A stretch of DNA of 64,000 nucleotides from an uncultured delta proteobacterium (GTDB taxonomy: Bacteria; Desulfobacterota; RBG-13-43-22), in NCBI GenBank assembly GCA_963790475.1, contig CAWBOS010000012.1:1088001-1152000 (forward strand), in the 5' to 3' direction. Position 1 is the stretch's first letter. Each line of letters starts with the position of its first letter. Both the position numbers and the translations under genes were made by a program. The notes under the pieces were generated by a model that saw nothing but the letters and a program-made list of their open reading frames with translations, made no database searches and was not told where the DNA came from. This document shows positions 9,693 through 18,806 of this stretch, in pieces.

Positions 9693-10412
9693 ATGAAAGT
9701 CTCGGTCATTATTCCGACGTTGAACGAAGCTGAAGTCATTGGCGCGACATTGAACAGCATCATCAGGCAGCAAGAAGAGTTGGAGATCATCGTTGCTGAT
9801 GGGTGCAGTGCTGATGGCACAGCCGATGCGGTCCGACAATACGCCAGGATAATCCAAAGTGAGCAGAGGGGAAGAGCCATCCAGATGAATGCCGGAGCAG
9901 GGCAGGCTTGCGGCGAGGTATTAGTTTTCCTTCACGCCGATTCACTTCTCCCTCACAATGCCCTATCCCTGTTGAGAAACGCTCTCATCGATCCCCGTAT
10001 CATAGGGGGTACCTTTACCTTGAGATTTGACAACCCACGGTTTCTTCTGCGGTTGATCGCCTTCTTTACCCGCTTCAGGTTCCGTTTTTTCCATTATGGT
10101 GATCAGGGAATTTTTGTGCGAAGGACCGTCTTTGAAGAATTAGGAGGTTTTAAGCAGATACCCATCATGGAGGATTTAGATCTTCTGCAACGATTGCACA
10201 GGAGAGGCCGGGTGGCGCTCATCAATCAACCCGTAACCACTTCCGCCCGGCGGTATTTGCGCAACGGTATCATCCGGCAGCAACTGTTTGACGCAGTCCT
10301 TGTGATTCTCTACCTTTTGGGAGTGAGCCCTGAAAGACTTTCAAAACTGTATAGGTTGACTGACTATCGGGTGATGAATCACCTTCGGGATTCAACCCCG
10401 GAGACATTATGA
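9693..10412 (+). CDS. GT2 glycosyltransferase (TIGR04283-like)
   Basis: SVIIPTLNEA, GRAIQMNAGA, FLHADS, YGDQGIF, MEDLD, TTSARR motifs. Confidence 0.88.
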   Translation: MKVSVIIPTLNEAEVIGATLNSIIRQQEELEIIVADGCSADGTADAVRQYARIIQSEQRGRAIQMNAGAGQACGEVLVFLHADSLLPHNALSLLRNALIDPRIIGGTFTLRFDNPRFLLRLIAFFTRFRFRFFHYGDQGIFVRRTVFEELGGFKQIPIMEDLDLLQRLHRRGRVALINQPVTTSARRYLRNGIIRQQLFDAVLVILYLLGVSPERLSKLYRLTDYRVMNHLRDSTPETL

Positions 10413-10614
10413 TCAGAACGACCGGAGACAGACCTTGTTCCGGAGTCCGGACCTCATGACCAGGCCCCTTGATTATTTCTAATGTTTCAGTCCTGTCACT
10501 TGCTTTGATTTTCTTTTTGACGTAGCCCTCGAGAAACATTACTATAAAAGCAGTAGGCAGGTGGGAAAGGTTAAGTTCTTTTCCTCCCCGTGTTGGGGAG
10601 GTTGAATAAGGGGG

Positions 10615-11736
10615 ATGGCGATGATTATTGGAGTTCCAAAAGAGATCAAGGACAGCGAGAAGAGGGTGTCCATGACCCCTCAGGGAGTAGATGCCTTAAC
10701 AGTTCACCATCATCATGTCTTGGTGGAAAGAGGAGCTGGGGAGGGCAGCGGTTTTTCCAATCAGGAATATGAGAAGGCCGGGGCCACGATCATTGAAAGG
10801 AAAGAAAAGATCTGGGAGGAAGCCCAACTGATCGTCAAGGTTAAGGAACCCTTGGACCCGGAATTCCCTTTGATGAAACCTGACCAAATCCTCTTCACTT
10901 TTCTCCATCTGGCCTCAGATGAAAAGCTCACCAAAAGGTTGCTGGAACGCCGGATTATCGGTATCGGTTACGAAACCGTTCAGGAGGGCAATGGGTCCCT
11001 TCCTCTGCTTCGTCCAATGAGTGAAATTGCCGGGCGGGCCTCCATACTCGCTGGAGGCATGTGCCTGGAGACCCCCCAGGGAGGAAGGGGGGTTCTCCTC
11101 TGTGGGGCATCAGGGGTCCCTCCGGCCAAGGTGGTTATCCTCGGGGCCGGAGTTGCCGGTTCCAATGCCTGCAAGATTGCCGTGGGCATCGGAGCACGGG
11201 TCAGTATTCTCGATGTTCAACCGGAGCGATTGAGTTATCTCCACGACATTACCCATGGTCACATTACCACATTCATTTCCAATCGGATGACGATCGGCGA
11301 AGAGGTCGCCGACGCTGATCTGGTCATTGGGGCGGTCCTCATTCCCGGCACCCAGGCCCCAAAACTGGTGACCCGGAAAATGCTCCAGAGGATGCGGCCA
11401 GGCTCTGCCATTGTGGACATTTCGGTTGATCAGGGGGGATGTTTTGAGACGACCCATCCTACCACCCATCACCAGCCTACCTATATCGAGGAAGGGATCG
11501 TTCACTACTGCGTCGCCAACATCCCCGGTGCCTACCCGCGAACTTCCACCTTTGCTCTCACCAATGCCACCTTTCCTTACATCCTTCAAATCGCGGATAA
11601 GGGTTATGAAAAGGCAATGAAAGAGAGTGGCGCCTTGAGAAGAGGCCTCAACCTGGTTGACGGGCAATTGGTCTGTTCGGGGGTCGCTGAAAGTTTTGGA
11701 CTGGCCTGCGCTTCCAATCCCTTTGACAAATCCTGA
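10615..11736 (+). CDS. ald: Alanine dehydrogenase
   Basis: IGVPKEIK, KVKEP, PMSEIAGR, DQGGCFET, HYCVANIPG motifs. Confidence 0.95.
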   Translation: MAMIIGVPKEIKDSEKRVSMTPQGVDALTVHHHHVLVERGAGEGSGFSNQEYEKAGATIIERKEKIWEEAQLIVKVKEPLDPEFPLMKPDQILFTFLHLASDEKLTKRLLERRIIGIGYETVQEGNGSLPLLRPMSEIAGRASILAGGMCLETPQGGRGVLLCGASGVPPAKVVILGAGVAGSNACKIAVGIGARVSILDVQPERLSYLHDITHGHITTFISNRMTIGEEVADADLVIGAVLIPGTQAPKLVTRKMLQRMRPGSAIVDISVDQGGCFETTHPTTHHQPTYIEEGIVHYCVANIPGAYPRTSTFALTNATFPYILQIADKGYEKAMKESGALRRGLNLVDGQLVCSGVAESFGLACASNPFDKS

Positions 11737-11980
11737 AATTCCAGGATCTTGGAATTCAGGATACCAATAAATTTGACAGGAATTTCCTTTACTCTTCTCT
11801 TTTCAGATAATGAACCTCCCTCGATAACCTGCCATAAAACGGCTTAATAAAGTATGGTCTTGACCAGGGTATAGCCGGTCTTATTGGTTATTTTTTAACT
11901 TTTTTGTCTTTTTTTAGTCTAATTTTAATAAAATCAGTTTCAACCGGTTGCCGGTCCCGGACCGGCCAGGAGGAAAGAAA

Positions 11981-12604
11981 ATGAAAAAGCTCATCAGTTT
12001 GTTAAGCATCCTTTTTTTGCTAACCCTGTTCATGCCCTTTAAACAAGCCGAGGCTGCCCGTGGGTCGGGAGGGTTTCATGGATCCGGGGGACATGGAGGA
12101 TTTCGTGGGGATGGGGGCCATGGGGGGTTCCGTGGATTTAGAGGCCATGGGGGGTTTCGTGTCCATGGAGGGTTCTTCCCCGGATTGATTATCGGCGGGG
12201 CCTTAGGCTGGGGCTTGTCGCCTTATTATTATCCTCCAGACTATTATTATTATCCACCGCCACCCTATTACTATCCACCTCCGGAATACTCTTATCCACC
12301 GCCACCCTATTACTATCCACCTCCGGAATACTCTTATCCACCGCCAGCGTTGGATAGTCAGGAGCCGCCCCCGGCAAGCCAAGGGTCGGGTGGGAGGATG
12401 TTCATCTATCCCCGCCAAGGTCAAAGTGAAGAGAAAAAAGCCGAAGATTTTGACAAGTGCCACGGCTGGGCTGTGGGTCAGACAGGCTTCGATCCGTCAA
12501 AACCACCCGCCGGCGCCCCCGATGCTCAGACCATCCAAAAGAGCGGGGACTATTTTCGGGCGATAAGTGCCTGCCTTGATGCCCAGGGGTATACTGTAAG
12601 ATAG
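11981..12604 (+). CDS. Exported Gly/His- and Tyr/Pro-rich protein
   Basis: AGGAGG RBS; signal peptide; GGF(R/H)G repeats; YPPP repeats; C-terminal FIYPRQGQS..C..WA..C..GYTVR domain. Confidence 0.8.
   Translation: MKKLISLLSILFLLTLFMPFKQAEAARGSGGFHGSGGHGGFRGDGGHGGFRGFRGHGGFRVHGGFFPGLIIGGALGWGLSPYYYPPDYYYYPPPPYYYPPPEYSYPPPPYYYPPPEYSYPPPALDSQEPPPASQGSGGRMFIYPRQGQSEEKKAEDFDKCHGWAVGQTGFDPSKPPAGAPDAQTIQKSGDYFRAISACLDAQGYTVR
12251..12346 (+). repeat. 42-bp exact tandem duplication (YPPPPYYYPPPEYS x2 plus partial)
   Basis: TATCCACCGCCACCCTATTACTATCCACCTCCGGAATACTCT at 12251 and 12293; partial copy at 12335. Confidence 0.9.
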
Positions 12605-12857
12605 CCATGATCGGCCACCCGGTAAGGTTCTGAATAAGAAAGTTTACCGTGTCTGGTAGTTCTGCAGAAAAAAAGGGGCTACCTATCGGATATGGGTAAC
12701 GATGAGGTTTAAAGTTCGCACTGAGTGAGCATTGGGGAAACCAATGATCCATGTCGGCCCGTTCAGGCGAATACTGGAGGTGAGTTTAAAAATCGGGGGG
12801 ATTCTATCTCACTTTTGGCTAAACAGGGTAAATCTGATCCACCCGAGATAGAAATCC

Positions 12858-13120
12858 ATGACCCTCGATACCAGAATCGTCCGTTCCTCCTGTCGCGGCT
12901 GCCACGGCGTTTGCCAAGTGCTCGTCCATCTGGAAGGGAACCGGATCACCCCGATCTTGGGAGACCCCGAAAGCCCCACCAGCCGGGGGTTCATCTGCCC
13001 TAAGGGAGCGGCCTCGGCCGAGATGCTTTATCATCCAGACCGGATTCAATATCCACTCCGTCGGGCTGGGGCGCGGGGGGAAAACCGCTGGGAGCGCGTC
13101 TCCTGGGAGGAGGCCCTTTC
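12858..13120 (+). pseudogene. Truncated molybdopterin oxidoreductase (N-terminal 4Fe-4S domain only)
   Basis: CRGCHGVC...ICPKG...HPDRIQYPLRR...WERVSWEEAL, then unrelated sequence; full proteins are several hundred aa longer. Confidence 0.85.
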
Positions 13121-13420
13121 GGGATCTCCAGCACTTCCGAGCAAAATGTCATTATCGATAAACTTAGGTAGTCCTACGAGGAAAAAACGGGCATTGGTCC
13201 AAGTGAGCCACTGCAGGTCCGACGGCAAGCTGCAGCGTTGTTTCCAACTTCAAAAAATAATCCTTGATTGTTGGTTCTCTTTAAAACAAACCTGTGTAGG
13301 GTACTCCCGGGTCATCAGATATATTAACACCCCCTGTCTGGTGGAATATCGGGCGATTTCGAGGCTGAAACCCTTATGTGGGTGAGGGTCGGAACAATAG
13401 GGCTGGCCATGGTAATCAAA

Positions 13421-13464
13421 TGGATGGAGGCGAAAATCATAACTGAATGAAGTGGACAACGATC
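13421..13464 (+). repeat. Direct repeat copy A flanking bzaF module
   Basis: TGGATGGAGGCGAAAATCATAACTGAATGAAGTGGACAACGATC; matches 15277-15319. Confidence 0.85.
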
Positions 13465-13526
13465 CTCTTATTAACTTACTGTATGTAAGTTCATTCGAAC
13501 TTTTTGAAAAGTTCTATCTATTGCCG

Positions 13527-13555
13527 TTGACATTCAGTTTTAAATTTGATAGAAA
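13527..13555 (+). promoter_or_regulatory. Sigma70-like promoter upstream of riboswitch
   Basis: TTGACA-17 nt-TAGAAA. Confidence 0.6.
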
Positions 13556-13579
13556 CACTGCGGTTTTAAGATATGGATA

Positions 13580-13792
13580 GAGATGGTCATTCAGCAAACG
13601 GAACACGGTGAAAGTCCGTGACGGTCCCGCCGCTGTAACCCCGCCATTCCGGTCGTGACCCAAATTTGTCGGCTTACTTGTGTCCACGATCTTATTGAAT
13701 GGACCCCTATTGGCTTTTTTTGCGCCACTGTTCCGGGAAACCGGGATGGGAAGGCGGCCAAGAGGGCGGGGGAGTCAGAAGACGAGCTGGAT
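13580..13792 (+). ncRNA. Cobalamin riboswitch
   Basis: GGAACACGGTGAAAGTCCGTGACGGTCCCGCCGCTGTAA...GCCACTG...GGGAAGGC...GAGTCAGAAGAC (B12 box); upstream of a cobamide biosynthesis gene. Confidence 0.9.
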
Positions 13793-13819
13793 AACCTGAC
13801 TTAAGGACTTGATGGTAAA

Positions 13820-13858
13820 GGGTTCTGATAGGTTAATTACCTGTCGGAGCCCTTTTTT
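13820..13858 (+). terminator. Intrinsic attenuator (riboswitch expression platform)
   Basis: GGGTTCTGATAGG-loop-CCTGTCGGAGCCC followed by a T run, just before the bzaF start. Confidence 0.8.
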
Positions 13859-13897
13859 ATTTCCGGCAGGCCAATTCATAATCGCGAGGTGAAATAT

Positions 13898-15211
13898 ATG
13901 AAGACCCAAATCGAACTGGCAAGAGAAGGCCTGGTCACAGAAGAGATAAAAAAGGTCGCGCAGGACGAGGGATTATCCGAGGAGATCGTCAGACAGAGGG
14001 TGGCCTCGGGGGAAATTGTCATCCTTAATCACCCCCAACGAAAAGATCAGAAGGCGGTAGGCGTTGGCAAGGGCCTGAGGACAAAGGTGAACGCCTCCAT
14101 CGGCACATCGTCGGATATATGCGACATCGAGGCCGAGGTTCGAAAGGCCAGGGCCGCTGAAGAAGAAGGGGCTGACACCCTGATGGAGCTATCCGCCGGG
14201 GGTGATCTGGATGCGATCAGAATGGCCGTGCTGGCGGCTGCAAGCCTTCCTGTGGGCAATGTCCCACTCTATCAGGCATTCAAGGAGACAACCGCCAGGT
14301 ATGCCAACCCCGGGAGACTCGATCCGGAATACCTGTTTGACCTGATTGAAAGGCAATTGGATGACGGGATCAGCTTCATGGCCATTCATTGCGGCATCAA
14401 TCAATATACCATAGAACGCCTGCGGAAACAGGGATACCGCTACGGAGGACTGGTGTCAAAGGGGGGCACCTATATGGTGGCCTGGATGGATATAAACAAA
14501 AAGGAAAACCCTCTATATGAACAGTTCGATCGCGTATGCGGGCTTATGAAAAAATACGATGCGGTCCTCTCCCTGGGAAACGGCATCAGGGCGGGAGCCA
14601 TTCATGACAGCCATGATAGGGCTCAGATGGCGGAGATGATCATAAACTGCGAACTGGCCGAGCTGGGCCGTGAGATGGGCTGCCAGATGATGGTGGAAGG
14701 TCCGGGCCATGTCCCCCTGGATGAGATCGAGGGAAACATCATGCTGGAAAAACGCATGAGCGGAAACGCCCCCTACTATGTCCTGGGACCACTTCCCCTG
14801 GATACAGGGGCAGGATACGACCATATCGTATCAGCCATCGGTGCGGCCAGCTCGGCCCGTTACGGGGCCGACCTGGTGTGTTATATTACGCCGGCCGAAC
14901 ACTTGGCCCTACCCAATGAACAGGATGTTCGCGAAGGGGTGCGGGCGACCCGCCTGGCTGTCCGGATAGGTGATGTGGTCAAATATCCGGATCGCCGGGA
15001 AAGGGAAAAGGAGGCAGCCATGGCCAGACGAGATATGCGCTGGGAAGACCTGGAAAAGATAATAATGTTCCCTGACAGGGCCAGGGATGTCCGCCTGAGC
15101 CGGGTCCCGGCCAATGAAAAAACCTGTTCGATGTGCGGAGATTTCTGCGCCATGAAAAAGGGGATGGAGGTCTTTTCAGATGATATAAGGGGGGATAAAG
15201 TCAGTAAGTAA
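13898..15211 (+). CDS. bzaF: 5-hydroxybenzimidazole synthase (ThiC paralog)
   Basis: ThiC fold (KVNASIGTS, EGPGH, TPAEHL, C-terminal CSMCGDFC) with BzaF-type variants ADTLMELS, LVSKGG, LSLGNG; controlled by a B12 rather than a TPP riboswitch. Confidence 0.88.
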   Translation: MKTQIELAREGLVTEEIKKVAQDEGLSEEIVRQRVASGEIVILNHPQRKDQKAVGVGKGLRTKVNASIGTSSDICDIEAEVRKARAAEEEGADTLMELSAGGDLDAIRMAVLAAASLPVGNVPLYQAFKETTARYANPGRLDPEYLFDLIERQLDDGISFMAIHCGINQYTIERLRKQGYRYGGLVSKGGTYMVAWMDINKKENPLYEQFDRVCGLMKKYDAVLSLGNGIRAGAIHDSHDRAQMAEMIINCELAELGREMGCQMMVEGPGHVPLDEIEGNIMLEKRMSGNAPYYVLGPLPLDTGAGYDHIVSAIGAASSARYGADLVCYITPAEHLALPNEQDVREGVRATRLAVRIGDVVKYPDRREREKEAAMARRDMRWEDLEKIIMFPDRARDVRLSRVPANEKTCSMCGDFCAMKKGMEVFSDDIRGDKVSK

Positions 15212-15276
15212 CGGCGCCCCGGCTGCCCGGATTTAACAAGAATTAGGAGTTCCGGTGGCTGAAACCGCTTTATAAG

Positions 15277-15319
15277 TGGCTGGAGGCGAAAATCATAACT
15301 AATGAATTGGACAACGGTC
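15277..15319 (+). repeat. Direct repeat copy B flanking bzaF module
   Basis: TGGCTGGAGGCGAAAATCATAACTAATGAATTGGACAACGGTC; 3 mismatches and 1 gap versus copy A. Confidence 0.85.
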
Positions 15320-15342
15320 ATTTATCATGGTTGGTTTATTTT

Positions 15343-15432
15343 CGGTTCATCCCCACGTGTGTGGGGAACATCTCCGGCTACCGCCCCACCGCCCCAGATT
15401 ATTCGGTTCATCCCCACGTGTGTGGGGAACAT
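15343..15432 (-). CRISPR. Type I-E CRISPR mini-array: 2 repeats, 1 spacer
   Basis: Identical 29-bp repeats CGGTTCATCCCCACGTGTGTGGGGAACAT at 15343 and 15404; 32-bp spacer; 61-bp period; AT-rich leader at 15433-15493. Confidence 0.9.
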
Positions 15433-15493
15433 AATTCTTGTAACCAATTGAATTCAGATTTAATTACCAAAGAGCAATAAGTTACCAAAAATA

Positions 15494-15691
<198 letters not shown>

Positions 15692-15695
15692 TTAG

Positions 15696-17678
15696 CCCAT
15701 CTTCCGCAGTTAGAAAGCATGGAAGACGCGATATCAAATAGTTACGACAAGAATTAGGGCATTTTCTTCACTACATTTTCAATAATTTTTGGTTTGTTGG
15801 GGAGCAGAATTTTCAATCTCTGAAGCAGCACTTTGAGTTCCTTTGAGGGAGTAGCCACCATTCTGAGCCGGAGGGTTCTCTCCCGCGCCGGTAGTAGCAC
15901 ATCCAAAGATTTCAATTCCCGCAACTCCTCCAACAGCTTTCTTGGGGCGGTACCGAGTCCCGAGGCTTTCATCCATTGCTGGAGCGTTCGCCACATAGTC
16001 AGCGCCAAGAAGCAGACCAGGATATGAGCCTGGGTCCGTTCCTGTTTTTGATGGAAGATCGGTCGCATTCCCAGATCATGTTTCTCGGTACGGAATGAAT
16101 CTTCCACTTCCGTCAGTTGGATGTAGGTATTCCATAGGACTTTCGGGTCACTTTCGGTCCAGTTGGTGCGCAGGATGTAGCTACCGCCGGTCTCCAAGGC
16201 CCACTGTTGCCGTTGTTCGTTCTTCTTGACTTCTAGGGAAAGCGGTGCGTCTTTTCCGGTACCGGTCTCTATGACTGTAATATTGAACAACGAGGCCGCA
16301 CGTTTATTTTGTTCCAGCAGTCGCCCTATTCTCCGCTCGACTTTCTGCTTGTCTCGGAGCTTGCCGGTTTCGGCCTGGCGGGCCAGGTGATCCAGTTGGC
16401 TTTCCAGTCGGGTCAAAAAGTGGTTTAGAATGGCGTTTTCTTTCTCCTTCCGGCCTTGAGACCGGCACAGGACAAAGATTTCATCCGTTCCTTCCGGCGA
16501 GCAACAGAGCTTGACCTCAACATCAGGTTGGACCGCTTCCCAGTTCTGTTCGAAAAGCTGCTGCTCAAACTTCTTCAGCATCACTTTTGGGGTGCCGACC
16601 AAATAGCGGGCACCGACTTTGCGCATAAACTCCAGATTCTCCTCACTCACCATGCCGCGATCCATAACCCAGATCCGGTTGGCTTGGCCGTATTTGGCCT
16701 CCATCATCTGAACCATCTCTTGGGTCGTCGTAACATCCGGTCGATTGCCGTCAAAAACCTCAAAGGCTATGGGAAAGCCCTCTCGGGTGGCCACCAGGCC
16801 GATGCAGACCTGGGGACAATCTGGACGACTGTCCCGGCTGTAACCCCTCTTGGCCTGGGCATTGCCCTTGGCGGTCCCCTCAAAATAGGTGGAGGTTATG
16901 TCATAAAACAAAAAATCAAAGCTACTGCCGAACAGTTCCCCATAACGCTCCTGAAGGTGACGGCTTAAGGCATCCTTGTGGGGAAGCAAGGCATCCAGGG
17001 CACGATAAAGCCGATCCTCATTGATCTTATAGTCGGCCACTCCCAGCAGATCGTCTAAGGCCGTCTGGCCATACCAAAACTCGGCCATCTGTAATTCCGA
17101 CGATGGGGCGCAAAAGCGTCCAAGAACTAAAATAGACGCCATGATCGACCAAGGAATCTCTTCCCGGTTGGAAGGAATATGATCTCGGCAGAACCTGGCA
17201 AGCCCCAGTTTGTTCCACAAAAGCAACCCCAAATAGACATCGCCGAAGCCTCTGAGTCGCTCGACGCTTACGCCATGGATATTGACCGTGGCCCAAGATG
17301 GGGGGTCTTCCCCCTGCTCAAACAGTTCAGGTCCAGGTAGAGGCTTTCCGGAAAGAATCCGTCCGATCTCCTCCCAACCTATCCGCTCTTCCCGATCAAG
17401 GCCAGGAAGTTTCCCTATCGTCGCCACTACTCGCTGACGGGGCCCTCGGGCAGTACGGACCGACTCAACTAAAAGCCAGCTCTCGTACTCCGCTCCACCT
17501 TTCTTTTTGGTCGCACGCCGGAGATACATAACCCCATTATCTCCGTTCCCACAGCACCTGGCAAGGGGGTGGTCTTCACTACATCCAATTTTCAAAGATC
17601 AGGACTTGAAATCATTTAACAATTCCTGAAAATTCATCACGTTTTTCTTGATTTTTTCTCCAAACTGCGGAAGATGGG
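15696..17678 (-). mobile_element. Complete IS1634-type element
   Basis: 16-bp TIRs CCCATCTTCCGCAGTT (15696-15711) / AACTGCGGAAGATGGG (17663-17678); TTAG target duplication at 15692 and 17679. Confidence 0.9.
15754..17529 (-). CDS. IS1634-family DDE transposase
   Basis: LVESVRTARGPRQ, YDITSTYFEG, GYSRDSRPD, VMDRGM, YIQLTEVEDSFR, RPIFHQ motifs. Confidence 0.9.
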   Translation of the reverse strand: MYLRRATKKKGGAEYESWLLVESVRTARGPRQRVVATIGKLPGLDREERIGWEEIGRILSGKPLPGPELFEQGEDPPSWATVNIHGVSVERLRGFGDVYLGLLLWNKLGLARFCRDHIPSNREEIPWSIMASILVLGRFCAPSSELQMAEFWYGQTALDDLLGVADYKINEDRLYRALDALLPHKDALSRHLQERYGELFGSSFDFLFYDITSTYFEGTAKGNAQAKRGYSRDSRPDCPQVCIGLVATREGFPIAFEVFDGNRPDVTTTQEMVQMMEAKYGQANRIWVMDRGMVSEENLEFMRKVGARYLVGTPKVMLKKFEQQLFEQNWEAVQPDVEVKLCCSPEGTDEIFVLCRSQGRKEKENAILNHFLTRLESQLDHLARQAETGKLRDKQKVERRIGRLLEQNKRAASLFNITVIETGTGKDAPLSLEVKKNEQRQQWALETGGSYILRTNWTESDPKVLWNTYIQLTEVEDSFRTEKHDLGMRPIFHQKQERTQAHILVCFLALTMWRTLQQWMKASGLGTAPRKLLEELRELKSLDVLLPARERTLRLRMVATPSKELKVLLQRLKILLPNKPKIIENVVKKMP

Positions 17679-17723
17679 TTAGGTGTCGGCTATGAAGTGG
17701 GAGTTTAAGAAAGTACCTGATAG

Positions 17724-17769
17724 GAAGCCTCCAATGGGGATCAACCCCTTGTGGAGGCTTTCTTATTTT
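17724..17769 (+). terminator. Possible intrinsic terminator
   Basis: AAGCCTCCA...TGGAGGCTT stem followed by TCTTATTTT. Confidence 0.5.
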
Positions 17770-18064
17770 GATTACTCTTTGAATTTGATATGAAACAGTT
17801 ATTCCGTTTCAAAAAAAAAATCAAAAAAGGAGCAAATAATTATGGTCCCAAAGAAGTCAGTGTTTTTCACAGTTGGTCTTTTCGTCAATATAGTTTGGAT
17901 CAGGGGCTCCGCTACTCCAGCTTCATCAAAATTGTAACATTTAATTGTGAAGGCAAAGTGAAAACAGCTCAGGATATCCAGCCGACTTGTTGTCTTGCGA
18001 CCCAAAAAAAATTGGGCCATACCTTCATATAACCTTTAAAATGGCTGCTATATGAAGAGAGAAT

Positions 18065-18643
18065 ATGCACTTTTTTTTTAACTATGTCAGCTTGTTCCTT
18101 TTGATATCCATAGTTTGTGGTGTCTTGGCATCTTTGCGCTATTTGAAAGAAAGGAGATTTCTTGAAGCAATTATTATTTTAGCCGCCTATTTTCTCCCTT
18201 TGTACGTCATCTTTAAAGCAAAACACCCCCTCACCTCTTTATTAAAGAATATGTTGCAACAGAATGTCGCTGCCGCGGAGGTAATTGACGGCATAGCAAT
18301 AATTATATTGTCTCCAATATTGTTTTTTTGGATATTTTGGCTATTTTGGGGTGGGTATGCTGTATTTATTAAAAATATTGACTTGATACATTATCTAAGA
18401 AATCATTTCAGAAAAAAATATATCAAAAGCAAGGTGGTCGGATTTTCATTGATAATCCTTGGGCTGCCTTTGTTGCTTTTATCTCTGATTTTCCTTGGAA
18501 CCGGGATTTGGCTATTCCCTTTTGTTACAATTTCGCTGTTATTGTACTTTATCGGTGCCATTTGCGTAGTTATACCTAAAGTAAGCGAAAGCAAGATAAA
18601 TGAGATCATCTGCAAAATAAAGAATAGAAGTAAAAGACAATAA
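18065..18643 (+). CDS. AT-rich hypothetical membrane protein (possible gene cassette)
   Basis: About 5 hydrophobic segments; visibly AT-rich; followed by GCTCAAC (attC R''-like) at 18650. Confidence 0.65.
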   Translation: MHFFFNYVSLFLLISIVCGVLASLRYLKERRFLEAIIILAAYFLPLYVIFKAKHPLTSLLKNMLQQNVAAAEVIDGIAIIILSPILFFWIFWLFWGGYAVFIKNIDLIHYLRNHFRKKYIKSKVVGFSLIILGLPLLLLSLIFLGTGIWLFPFVTISLLLYFIGAICVVIPKVSESKINEIICKIKNRSKRQ

Positions 18644-18806
18644 ATAAATGCTCAACCGTTCACTTAATCGAATGTTTCAAAAATTTGTGCCAGTTAGCTC
18701 AGGCGACTACTAACTTTCAACCGGCAATCGCTAATTTTCTGAAACGTTCTCCTTAGAATAGTTGTAGATTTAAGAATCAAAAGGCGTGGTATTTTTTGGG
18801 GGGATA

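Noticed and set aside
12640-12850. Possible Moco riboswitch before the molybdoenzyme fragment
   Set aside because: Only a short CATTGG-GGAAA-CCAATG hairpin; consensus not met by eye.
13898-15211. thiC call
   Set aside because: Residue pattern and cobalamin riboswitch favour bzaF.
15277-15342. Third CRISPR repeat, or tRNA/tmRNA-derived att site
   Set aside because: The sequence one period upstream is not repeat-like. The reverse complement CGCCTCCAGCCA only loosely resembles a tRNA 3' end and has no T-arm.
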